Program-made: the position numbers and the translations under genes
The notes under the pieces: model-generated
Told to the model about the DNA's origin: nothing
What the model saw: only the letters and a program-made list of their open reading frames with translations
Database searches by the model: none
From: Desulfocapsa sulfexigens DSM 10523
Lineage (GTDB): Bacteria > Desulfobacterota > Desulfobulbia > Desulfobulbales > Desulfocapsaceae
Direction of reading: 5' to 3'
Length of the DNA: 32,000 nucleotides
Assembly (NCBI RefSeq): GCF_000341395.1
Contig: NC_020304.1
Span: 2,040,001-2,072,000, forward strand
Shown: positions 19,972 through 28,757 of the stretch, one piece after another
Layout: every line of letters begins with the position of its first letter
Numbering within the stretch: the first letter of the stretch is position 1

Positions 19972-20028
19972 AATGTACATTGACATGTGAGGATGATTTG
20001 CTGTATTGGTGTTATGTGAATGTACATT
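19972..20028 (+). promoter_or_regulatory. Candidate lexA-cassette promoter flanked by two AATGTACATT palindromes (candidate LexA operators)
   Basis: Perfect 10-bp palindrome aatgtacatt at 19972-19981 and 20019-20028 (centres 47 bp apart). Between and overlapping: TTGACA (19980-19985), 16-nt spacer, TG-C-TGTATT extended -10-like sequence (20002-20007). Confidence 0.55.
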
Positions 20029-20049
20029 TGTCGTGAGCGAGGAAAATAT

Positions 20050-20673
20050 ATGGATCTTACAGAAAAGCAACAGCAACTTTTTGACTATTTACAGGAATAT
20101 CTTGAGCGGGAAGGACGGGCACCCAGCTTGCGCCAGTCTGCCGAAAGTCTGGGTGTAAGTCATAATGCCGTGGCGCAGTTAATCACTCAGCTGGAACGGA
20201 AAGGGGTCGTTGAGCGGGAGGGTCGCTACAGCAGAACCATCCGTATTTTATCTCCACACACTGCAGCAAAAGCGAAGATGCGGGTACGGGAATTGCCGAT
20301 TGTAGGAAGGGTTACGGCAGGGTTGCCCATGTACGCCCAGCAGGAATGGGATGGTTCCGTGGTGGTTGATGGAAATCTGTTTCCCGGTAATAATCTTTTT
20401 TGTCTGCGGGTGCAGGGTGAGTCCATGCAGGATGCGGGCATATTAAATGGTGATCTGGTTGTCTGCGAACCCCGGCAGTATGCAGAGAATGGAGAGATTG
20501 TCGCTGTTCTCATTCAGGGGGAAGAGGCCACGGTGAAACGGTTCTTTCTTGGAAGGGATCATATCGAGTTGCGACCGGAGAATAAAAAATTCACTGCCGT
20601 CCGTTATCCCTTTTCCGAAATTCTGGTGCAGGGAAAGGTTATGGGTGTGATCAGAAGCTATGACAAAAGATAA
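20050..20673 (+). CDS. lexA: LexA repressor
   Basis: Winged-helix N-terminus TEKQQQLFDYLQEYLEREGRAPSLRQSAESLGVSHNAVAQLI; GRVTAGLP cleavage region; catalytic Ser in QGESMQDAGILNGD and Lys in ATVKRFF. The ATG at 20050 has an RBS-like agcgagga; the track start at 20020 lies in the second palindrome. Confidence 0.93.
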   Translation: MDLTEKQQQLFDYLQEYLEREGRAPSLRQSAESLGVSHNAVAQLITQLERKGVVEREGRYSRTIRILSPHTAAKAKMRVRELPIVGRVTAGLPMYAQQEWDGSVVVDGNLFPGNNLFCLRVQGESMQDAGILNGDLVVCEPRQYAENGEIVAVLIQGEEATVKRFFLGRDHIELRPENKKFTAVRYPFSEILVQGKVMGVIRSYDKR

Positions 20674-21454
20674 GTTGTGCCCGGTGCTCATCGGCACCAG
20701 TGGGTATTCCTATACCGAGTGGGTGGATAGTGGTTTTTATCCACAGGGTACAAGAACCCCAGGAATGCTGGAGCTTTATGCAGATGTATTTCCCATTGTT
20801 GAACTGAATTACACCTGGTACCAGATGGTGCGCGCAGAAGCCATCAGCCGTATGATTGCAAAGGCTCCCGAGAGCTTTTTGTTTGCTGCCAAACTGACAA
20901 GGACACTTACTCACGAAAGAAATCGTGACTGGCAACAGGAACTGAAGCAGTATCGTGAGGGGATTCAGCCTCTGCGCAAGCAACTGACAGCGATTCTGGT
21001 TCAGTTGCCGCCTGATTTTGATTGGAGCAGAAGTAATCGCTATTATTTGGCTCATCTGCTCGATGCTTTGCGTGGCTTTCCCCTCGCAGTTGAATTTCGT
21101 CACGTCTCCTGGGCAAGAGATTCGGTGTTTGCAGAGCTTGAGAAGAGGCGTGTGACCATAGTTACCGTAGATTCCCCGTCAGAGCCAAATCTTTTTCCCT
21201 GTCTGGATATTGTTACTAACCCTGATCTCTTTTTTGTCCGTTTTCATGGGCGCAACAGGCAGGGATGGAAATCTGCTAATATGCAGAAGAAATTTGACTA
21301 CTCCTATTCCAGGGAGGAACTGGAAGAGTGGAATGAAAAATATTTGACTTCGTTGCGTGCCAATGCCGAGCTGGGTGTTGTCTTCTTCAATAACCATGTT
21401 CGTGCCCAGGCACCAGAAAATGGCAGGCTTTTACAGACTCTTTTGCAGAACTGA
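20660..21454 (+). CDS. DUF72 (YecE-like, TIM-barrel) protein
   Basis: 264 aa; GTSGYSYTEW...FYPQGTRTP..LELYAD.FPIVELNYTWYQM...ISRMIAKAPESFLFAAKLTRTLTHER...QLPPDFDWS...AVEFRHVSW..DSVFAELEKR...FVRFHGRN; overlaps the lexA stop by 14 nt. Confidence 0.88.
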   Translation: MTKDKLCPVLIGTSGYSYTEWVDSGFYPQGTRTPGMLELYADVFPIVELNYTWYQMVRAEAISRMIAKAPESFLFAAKLTRTLTHERNRDWQQELKQYREGIQPLRKQLTAILVQLPPDFDWSRSNRYYLAHLLDALRGFPLAVEFRHVSWARDSVFAELEKRRVTIVTVDSPSEPNLFPCLDIVTNPDLFFVRFHGRNRQGWKSANMQKKFDYSYSREELEEWNEKYLTSLRANAELGVVFFNNHVRAQAPENGRLLQTLLQN

Positions 21455-21460
21455 AAGGAA

Positions 21461-22633
21461 ATGGATAGAGCCATTATTCATTTGAATGTCACTGATTTTG
21501 CAGTGGCAGTGGAACGGATTCGGGATAGTTCCTTGAGGCAGGTCCCCTTGATTGTTGCGACCGGAGAGGCTGGAAAAGGAAGAACCCTTGTCTTTGATAT
21601 GAGTGAGGAAGCATATCAGGAGGGAGTGCGCAAGGGCATGCAGTTGAACCTTGCTCGTAAGTACTGCAACAGGGCAAAGGTCATTACCCCCTGTCCCGCT
21701 TTGTATCGCAGAGCTATGGCAGCTCTTGTTAAACGGGTGGCCTACTATACTCCCCTGGTGGAGCAGGGAGAAGAGGATGGCCATCTGTTTCTTGATGTCA
21801 CCGGGACACATCGGCTCTTCGGGCCGGCCCCTGATGTGGCCTGGAGACTTCGTAAACAGCTGCTGGATGAGTTGGGGCTTGATCCTGTCTGGAGTCTTGC
21901 TTCTAATAAACTGGTTTCCAAGGTTGCTTCAAGAGTGGTACGACCTTTTGGTGAGTATATTGTGAGCGTGGGTGAGGAAGATACATTTCTGGCACCCCTG
22001 CCGCTGTCCATGTTGCCAGGGGTAACTGCTGAGGAGATACGGCTTCTGGAGGATTTTAACGTAAGGCGGATTGGTCAACTTGCAGAACTCAGCAGGAAGC
22101 AACTTCTGGTGGTTTCCAGGACGCGTAACGGGGTTCTCCATGATGCCAGTCGGGGCCGGGACATTACAGCGGTTCTTCCCGGGATAACAAAGGATGATCA
22201 AATAACAGAGGAGCATGTTTTTGAAGAAGATACGGCAAGATACGGGGAGGTGCAGGCGGTCCTTACCCAGCTTGTTCACGGGATAGCAAGAGTCCTGCGG
22301 CAGAGACGCCTTCTTGGACAGCGCGTGGGGATCTGTCTGGTCTATGGAGATGGAAAAAAAACATCCAGGCAGGTGTCCAGGAAAGGAGGGTCTGATAGTG
22401 ATTTCATCCTGCGCAGGATGGCTCTTACAGCCCTAGACAGGGCCTGGGGGAGGCGCATTCGGATCCGTAGTTGTGTTTTGATTTGTGATCGTCTGCTGCC
22501 ACGTACCCAACAGCAGACGCTTTTTGTCATGCAGAGCGAGCGGGAACAGCAGGAGGAAAAAATTATGAGTGCCATGGATATGGTGCGCAGTCGTTTTGGT
22601 GCTGGACGGCTATACCTGGGGACTAGCTCCTAG
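21461..22633 (+). CDS. imuB: ImuB-like (apparently non-catalytic) Y-family DNA polymerase homologue
   Basis: Y-family order and fold signatures: IIHLNVTDFAVAVE, KAYCNRAKVI-type segment, LFLDVTGTHRLFG, WSLASNKLVSKVAS, LPGVTAEEIRLLEDFNVRRIGQLAEL; the catalytic acidic positions are substituted. Confidence 0.78.
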   Translation: MDRAIIHLNVTDFAVAVERIRDSSLRQVPLIVATGEAGKGRTLVFDMSEEAYQEGVRKGMQLNLARKYCNRAKVITPCPALYRRAMAALVKRVAYYTPLVEQGEEDGHLFLDVTGTHRLFGPAPDVAWRLRKQLLDELGLDPVWSLASNKLVSKVASRVVRPFGEYIVSVGEEDTFLAPLPLSMLPGVTAEEIRLLEDFNVRRIGQLAELSRKQLLVVSRTRNGVLHDASRGRDITAVLPGITKDDQITEEHVFEEDTARYGEVQAVLTQLVHGIARVLRQRRLLGQRVGICLVYGDGKKTSRQVSRKGGSDSDFILRRMALTALDRAWGRRIRIRSCVLICDRLLPRTQQQTLFVMQSEREQQEEKIMSAMDMVRSRFGAGRLYLGTSS

Positions 22634-22636
22634 GCC

Positions 22637-25633
22637 GTGTTCCCTCTTTTTGTCCGTTCTTACTATTCGTTTATGCGTGGTTGCAGTTCTCCAGCAAGTA
22701 TCTGCAAACGTGCTCAGGAGCTTGGCTACACCGTTCTGGCACTCACCGATTGTGATTCACTCGCCGGGGTCTGGCCCTTTCTTGCCGCCTGTAAAAAATA
22801 TGGTATTCGTCCTCTTATTGCTGCAGAAATCAGTGACCGAAAGAATTCCGATACGGTTATCTGTCTGGTACGTAATGCTATCGGTTATAGGAATTTATGC
22901 AATTTAATAACCAGGAGAAAAGGAGATCCTCTTTTCACCCTGGAACAGAATCTTATACAATATAGTGATGGCCTTATCTGTATCGCTTCCTCGCGTCCTC
23001 TCCTGGAAAAGCTTCAAAAGAATACTATAGACCTGGCTGTAAACCTTGGTGACAGGCCGACGGAAAAATCCAGTTATTTGAGGAAATGGGCGCAAAAAAA
23101 AAGTGTTTCCGCCGTGGCCATCCCTATTGTGTTTATGGCAGATAAAAAAGAGAGATTGCTCCTGCAGCTCATGAGGGCGATAGAGACCAAAAGCCTCCTG
23201 ACATCATGTGAGGTGAAGTCGGGACTACCATCGTGCTGGTTGCAATCTCCTGCAACGTATTATGAAAAATTTGCGGTGTGGCCCGAAGCATTAACAGAAG
23301 CTGAGAATCTTGCGAGACGCTGCAGCTTTTCCGGCCCGCCATCAGACCTGGTCATGCCTCCCTGGAACAGAAGTGGGAGAGGGGCAGCTTTTTCACTCCG
23401 ACAGGCCGCTTATGAGGGGGCCTGTGTTCGCTATGGGACAGATCTTTCCGAGGCTGTGGTTGAGCGATTGGAGATGGAGCTTCGAGTGATTGATTCCATG
23501 GGCTTTTCTTCCTATTTTCTCGTTGTCCGCGATATCGTACATCAGGCTGTTGGAGAAAGAAGTGGCCGCTGCTTACGCATATGCGGTCGTGGGTCAGGTG
23601 CAGCTTCACTTGTGGCCTACTGTCTTGAAATTACCAATGTCTGTCCTTTAAAGTACAATCTTTATTTTGAACGATTTCTTAACCCAGGTCGTACTGATCC
23701 TCCTGATATTGACATTGATTTTTCATGGGATGAACGGGATGGAGTGCTTGCGCAGGTTCTCCGGAAATATGGGCATAATGCCGCCATGGTCTCAACTATT
23801 ATCCGCTTCCAGCCCCGAATGGCTATTCGGGAAACAGCAAGGGCGTTTGGGTTGCCAGCAGAGGAAATTGCAAAGACAGGTAACCTCAGCAGATTACCGG
23901 GTGCAGGGACCAAAAAGCTTGTGGCACCATGGCCTGAAATTATGGAACTTGCTTCTTCTTTACTGGGTGTGCCGCGTCACCTGTCAGTTCATCCAGGAGG
24001 GGTCATTATAACACCGGAACCTGTAAGCAATTATGTCCCGGTTGAGACTGCTTCCAAGGGGGTCCCTATCATCCAGTGGGATAAGGATGGAGCAGAGGCG
24101 GGAGGACTCGTGAAGATCGACCTGCTTGGTAATCGCAGTCTTGGGGTGATCAGGGATTGTATTGCATCCCTTTCAGAGAGTGGTCGAAGTTTTGATGAAG
24201 AGTACTGGCAGCCTGAGGATGACCCGGCAACGAAAATGGCAGTAGCAGCGGGAGAGACCATGGGGTGCTTTTATATAGAAAGTCCGGCCATGCGTCTGTT
24301 GCAACAGAAGGCGGGAAGCGGGGACTTTGAGCAGCTTGTGCTGCAGTCTTCTATCATTCGTCCTGCTGCCAATGATTTTATACGTGAATATGTGCGCCGT
24401 CTTCACGGGGGGGCGTGGCAGTATCTACATCCGGAATTGGCAACAGTGCTTGATGAGACCTTTGGTCTTATGGTGTATCAGGAGGATGTGTCGAGGGTAG
24501 CTGTTGCCCTTGCGGGCTTCAGTCATGCACGCGCAGATTGCCTGCGTAAAGTGATGTCTAAAAAAGATAAGCAGCTGCGTTTAAAAGATTATCGGCTTGA
24601 ATTTGAAAGGGGATGTGAAGCTAGAGGTGTCGACAGGGAAACAATTGAAAAACTCTGGGACATGATGATGAGTTTTGATGGGTATTCGTTCTGTAAACCG
24701 CATTCGGCTTCCTATGCACGGGTGTCGTATCAGGCTGCATACCTGAAGACACATCATCCAGCGGAATTTATGGCAGCGGTAATTTCCAATCAAGGAGGCT
24801 ATTACTCAACATTTGCCTATGTTTCAGAAGCAAAACGAATGGGGATAGGCATATTGCCTCCCTGCGTGAATCACAGTCAGGTAAGATGGTGTAGAGAGGG
24901 AGATGTATCGGTAAAAAATATCCGGGTGGGATTGATGGCTGTGAAGAATTTGTCAACGGCCACCATGGGCAGGATCTTGTATTGCAGAGAGAAAAAAGAA
25001 TTCGTTTCAAGTATTGATTTCTGGCAACGTGTCCAGCCGCAAAAGGATGAATGCAGATCGCTTATCCAGGCTGGTGCACTGGATGCGCTTGGTAGTAAAA
25101 ATAAAAGAAATAGAAGCAATCTGTTTTGGGAACTTGCTCAGTTCAGGTGTTTTGCAGGGGCACAGGCGAGAAGCCCTCTTTTCTGCCTGGATTTACCTCC
25201 GGCTCCAGATCTTCCATCGTTTAATGTGAGGGAAATACAGCAGCAGGAGTATGATGCACTGGATTTCCTTTGCAGCTCCCATCCACTGCTTTTCTATGAA
25301 CAACAGCTCAATGGGAGGATAAAAGGCTGTGATCTGAAGAGCTATGCTGGAAAGAATATCCGCTTTGCCGGATGGTTGCTCAGCAGAAAGATGGTTTCAA
25401 CAAAAACCGGAGAGGTAATGGAATTTCTAACCTTTGAGGACGAAACAGGGGTAGTGGAAACAACATTTTTTCCACGAGTCTATCGTCGCTATGCAGCAAT
25501 TCTGAATCCAGGACAGGCCTATATGTTACTGGGAAAGGTAGAAGAAGAATATGGCGCGGTGACCCTGACGGTAGCCGGAGTGGAGAAACTCGGATCAGTT
25601 TTTGTTCGAGGTGCGCTGCAGGTCGGCGATTAA
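22637..25633 (+). CDS. dnaE2: DnaE2/ImuC-like C-family DNA polymerase
   Basis: 998 aa, GTG start 3 nt after the imuB-like stop; PHP-like N-terminus, PDIDIDFSWDERDGV, GLVKIDLLGNRSLGVI, LMVYQEDV, FCKPHSASYARVSYQAAYLKTHHPAEFMAA, C-terminal OB domain (FAGWLLSRKMVSTKTGEVMEFLTFEDETG). Confidence 0.88.
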   Translation: MFPLFVRSYYSFMRGCSSPASICKRAQELGYTVLALTDCDSLAGVWPFLAACKKYGIRPLIAAEISDRKNSDTVICLVRNAIGYRNLCNLITRRKGDPLFTLEQNLIQYSDGLICIASSRPLLEKLQKNTIDLAVNLGDRPTEKSSYLRKWAQKKSVSAVAIPIVFMADKKERLLLQLMRAIETKSLLTSCEVKSGLPSCWLQSPATYYEKFAVWPEALTEAENLARRCSFSGPPSDLVMPPWNRSGRGAAFSLRQAAYEGACVRYGTDLSEAVVERLEMELRVIDSMGFSSYFLVVRDIVHQAVGERSGRCLRICGRGSGAASLVAYCLEITNVCPLKYNLYFERFLNPGRTDPPDIDIDFSWDERDGVLAQVLRKYGHNAAMVSTIIRFQPRMAIRETARAFGLPAEEIAKTGNLSRLPGAGTKKLVAPWPEIMELASSLLGVPRHLSVHPGGVIITPEPVSNYVPVETASKGVPIIQWDKDGAEAGGLVKIDLLGNRSLGVIRDCIASLSESGRSFDEEYWQPEDDPATKMAVAAGETMGCFYIESPAMRLLQQKAGSGDFEQLVLQSSIIRPAANDFIREYVRRLHGGAWQYLHPELATVLDETFGLMVYQEDVSRVAVALAGFSHARADCLRKVMSKKDKQLRLKDYRLEFERGCEARGVDRETIEKLWDMMMSFDGYSFCKPHSASYARVSYQAAYLKTHHPAEFMAAVISNQGGYYSTFAYVSEAKRMGIGILPPCVNHSQVRWCREGDVSVKNIRVGLMAVKNLSTATMGRILYCREKKEFVSSIDFWQRVQPQKDECRSLIQAGALDALGSKNKRNRSNLFWELAQFRCFAGAQARSPLFCLDLPPAPDLPSFNVREIQQQEYDALDFLCSSHPLLFYEQQLNGRIKGCDLKSYAGKNIRFAGWLLSRKMVSTKTGEVMEFLTFEDETGVVETTFFPRVYRRYAAILNPGQAYMLLGKVEEEYGAVTLTVAGVEKLGSVFVRGALQVGD

Positions 25634-26689
25634 CTCGATATCACCACCCATGACCTCTCTCTCTCTGGTCATGGCAACCTTTTTCTGAAACCCGTAGGTT
25701 ACCAATTGTTTAATGTCGGACCACATGGTCTCACTGCCCATGATAGCTACAATAATCTCATCTTTTCCACGCTTGAACTTCCCCACATACGTCTGCCGGG
25801 CTGCATTGGTGTAGCCGGTTTTTCCACCCAGCGTGCCCTCTACCTGCCACAGGGCTTTATTATGACTACGAAGAAGCTTTCCTTCCGTGGTGCGTGTTTT
25901 CAACTGCTTCATCCTGGTGGAAAATTCAGGATCATTCATGGCATGACGGAAAATAGTTGCGAGGTCACGGGCGGTGGATTTCTGCCCCTTTGCAGTGAGA
26001 CCCGTAGCAGTTTTGCAGATGGTGTTTTTTGCTCCCCACAGTTTGGCTCGAAGGGTCATCATTGCAGCAAAATCTTTTTCATTTCCGGCAATTTTTTCAG
26101 CGAGTGCCACACTGGCATCATTGGCTGAAGCAAGCAGAACAGCGTTAATCAGATCATTTGCCTGATACTTCTTTTTCTGATCGAGGTATACCTTGGAGCG
26201 GGGCTGTCTTGCAGCTTTTTGACTGACCGAAACAGGTTCTGCCATGGTCAGGGATTTCATGGCGATCATTCCTGTGAGTACTTTGATGGTAGAAGCCGGT
26301 TGTCTCTGACTGTCAGGATTCCTGGAGTACAGTGTTTCTCCACTCACGGCATCAATGATGATGGCTGACCTGGATGAGATTTTTTTATTGAGTCGTTTGG
26401 TGGTAGCTGCGGTAACAGGGGGGGCAATTCGTTTTTTGATATGAAGAATATTATTAACCTGACCGAGACTGATCGGAGTGGATTTAGTGACAGTTGCTTC
26501 TGTGCGTGGAGAGGGTTGAGCGATCTTTTCTGTCTGCTTTGCAGGTTCTGGAACAGATGTGGCTACCTGCCACTTTGCTGTATCGTTGAGGAGAGGGAGC
26601 TCCGCCCGAGACTCCGCGTTGCTCGTAAAGAGCAGAACAAGAAGACAGAATACGAAAAAAACAGGAGTAGAATGTAATATCTTGTGCAT
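25595..26689 (-). CDS. D-alanyl-D-alanine carboxypeptidase (S11, DacA-like)
   Basis: QPASTIKVLTG (SxxK), SANDASVALAE (SxN), GKTGYTNAA (KTG); signal peptide MHKILHSTPVFFVFCLLVLLFTSNAESRA. Confidence 0.92.
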   Translation of the reverse strand: MHKILHSTPVFFVFCLLVLLFTSNAESRAELPLLNDTAKWQVATSVPEPAKQTEKIAQPSPRTEATVTKSTPISLGQVNNILHIKKRIAPPVTAATTKRLNKKISSRSAIIIDAVSGETLYSRNPDSQRQPASTIKVLTGMIAMKSLTMAEPVSVSQKAARQPRSKVYLDQKKKYQANDLINAVLLASANDASVALAEKIAGNEKDFAAMMTLRAKLWGAKNTICKTATGLTAKGQKSTARDLATIFRHAMNDPEFSTRMKQLKTRTTEGKLLRSHNKALWQVEGTLGGKTGYTNAARQTYVGKFKRGKDEIIVAIMGSETMWSDIKQLVTYGFQKKVAMTREREVMGGDIELIADLQRTSNKN

Positions 26690-26941
26690 GGTGCTGTATG
26701 GGGAGGTTCTGTTTAAAGTTAGCATAATCTCGAAACAGTATAGCTTATCTTGTTAATTTTTATAAACTGTCGGCTTAACTGTCAAGATTATTCCGGTGTT
26801 TTGTTGAATAAATGCAAATTAGGGTGGGAAAACCGGTGCGCATCATTCTTAATTGACCAAAAAACTACTTTTAGGTAAGATGCGGCACATTTTAAGCCAC
26901 GAAGAATCCTACGATCAAATTTGTTTACTCATGAGGTGTTT

Positions 26942-28636
26942 ATGCCGGAATCCAACGATGTACGGATGACCTTAAATTATATACTCGATAATAGCGTGGA
27001 GCGGTATGGAGAACTGCCAGCAATTGGAATGGCAGCAGATGGTGCTTTAACCTATCGTGAATTTTATGATAACATCATAGCGCTTGCCCATCATCTGACT
27101 AAGGAGGGAGTAAAAAAAGGTGATCGGGTTGCTATTTTATCGGAAAATTCTCCCCAATGGGGAATGGCCTATTTTGCGATCATACGTATAGGGGCAATTG
27201 CCGTCCCCATTCTTCCCGACCTTCCCGAGGCAGATGTTCACCATATTCTTAATGAGATGGAGGTGCCTGTCCTCTTTGTTTCTGATCGTCAGATTGAAAA
27301 GATTTATGAGTTGAACCAAAAGTCATTACGGCGAATTATTACACTTGATGATCTGGGTGCAACGCAGGATGTGGTTGATGTTACATTCTTTTCAAAGTAC
27401 CTTGAGGATGCAGTAGTTGCACAAAAAGCTGCAGATGAGAAGGGGGAAGGGATGTCTTTTGCCGATGTTACAGAGGATGACCTTGCTTCCATTCTTTACA
27501 CCTCCGGAACATCAGGCTACTCAAAAGCTGTAATGCTCAGTCATAAAAATCTGACGGCCAATGCTTATAGTGCGGCAACCATGTTAGGTGTTGAAAGTGG
27601 CAGTGTTTTTCTCTCCGTCCTGCCGATGTCTCATACCTATGAGTTTACCCTTGGATTTATTACGCCCTTGATTAAAGGCTGCAAGGTTGCTTATGCCGGA
27701 AAGACACCAACCCCAGCGATCCTCGAGAAACTGTGTAGGCATGAAAAGCCCAGAGTTATGTTTGCGGTGCCCCTGATTATGGAGAAAATTTATAAAAAAC
27801 GGGTGTTGCCACAGATTGAAAAGAGTCGTTTACTTTCCCTGCTCTGCCGCTTTTCCTTTGGTCGAAAGTTTGTCTATAAAAAGATCGGTGCAAAACTTAT
27901 AGCATTTTTTGGAGGTAATCTTGAGCTCATGGGGATTGGTGGTGCGGCCTTAAATCCTGAGGTTGAAAATTTTCTCCGCGAGGCTGAATTCCCCTATATT
28001 ATCGGCTATGGACTGACTGAATCCGCTCCTATTCTTGCCGGTGGTCCAGTGGGTGATAAAACTATCACCGTTGGCTCAACTGGAAAACCTTTCCCTGGAG
28101 TGGAGGTGAAGATTGTCAATCCTGATCCAGGCAGTGGCGTTGGGGAAATTTACGGACGTGGTCCCAATGTCATGCAGGGGTATTACGGTGACCCCGATGC
28201 TTCTGCAGAAGCACTTACAGAAGATGGATGGCTCATCACCGGTGATCTTGGATCATTTGACGATGCTGGAAACCTCCATATCCGCGGACGGTCCAAAAAT
28301 GTTATTGTTATGGCTAACGGGGAAAATGTCTATCCGGAACCCATTGAGCATAAAATAAATTCGTATTTCTGGGTTGTTGAATCACTGGTTGTTGAAAACA
28401 ACGGCAAGCTCGATGCCTGGGTTTATCCTGATTATGAAGTTATTGATGAAATGACCGAGGGGCAATCCCGGGTTGAGCGTCGGGAATACATTGACAAACT
28501 CTGTGCGACTTTGCGAAAAGAAGTAAATGCTCAGGTGTCCACAGCTTCTCGTCTTATGCGGATTGTGGAGAGGCGTGAACCTTTTATTAAGACTGCAACG
28601 CATAAAATCAAGCGATACCTCTATAATGGTGACTAA
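26942..28636 (+). CDS. AMP-dependent synthetase/ligase (long-chain acyl-CoA synthetase-like)
   Basis: ILYTSGTSGYSKAVMLSHKNL, YGLTESAPI, GEIYGRGPNVMQGYYGDP, GWLITGDLG, GRSKNVIVMANGENVYPEPIE. Confidence 0.9.
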   Translation: MPESNDVRMTLNYILDNSVERYGELPAIGMAADGALTYREFYDNIIALAHHLTKEGVKKGDRVAILSENSPQWGMAYFAIIRIGAIAVPILPDLPEADVHHILNEMEVPVLFVSDRQIEKIYELNQKSLRRIITLDDLGATQDVVDVTFFSKYLEDAVVAQKAADEKGEGMSFADVTEDDLASILYTSGTSGYSKAVMLSHKNLTANAYSAATMLGVESGSVFLSVLPMSHTYEFTLGFITPLIKGCKVAYAGKTPTPAILEKLCRHEKPRVMFAVPLIMEKIYKKRVLPQIEKSRLLSLLCRFSFGRKFVYKKIGAKLIAFFGGNLELMGIGGAALNPEVENFLREAEFPYIIGYGLTESAPILAGGPVGDKTITVGSTGKPFPGVEVKIVNPDPGSGVGEIYGRGPNVMQGYYGDPDASAEALTEDGWLITGDLGSFDDAGNLHIRGRSKNVIVMANGENVYPEPIEHKINSYFWVVESLVVENNGKLDAWVYPDYEVIDEMTEGQSRVERREYIDKLCATLRKEVNAQVSTASRLMRIVERREPFIKTATHKIKRYLYNGD

Positions 28637-28757
28637 TAGAATTTGTAATTATACCTGTGGTGCTAGATACATTTACTGCCATGTTAACCAGTTTACCCGT
28701 CAGTCCACTTACGGAATGATCGGAAACACTATTCTTTCAAAGAAGAGGGAGAAAACA

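Noticed and set aside
19641-20027. 128-aa minus-strand ORF spanning the lexA promoter
   Set aside because: Overlaps the DUF1566 gene end, the terminator and the promoter; poly-Lys/low-complexity translation of AT-rich intergenic DNA.
20020-20049. Extra 10-codon N-terminus of LexA in the ORF track (MYICRERGKY)
   Set aside because: It starts inside the second AATGTACATT palindrome and lacks an RBS; the ATG at 20050 has an RBS-like sequence and gives a standard LexA N-terminus.
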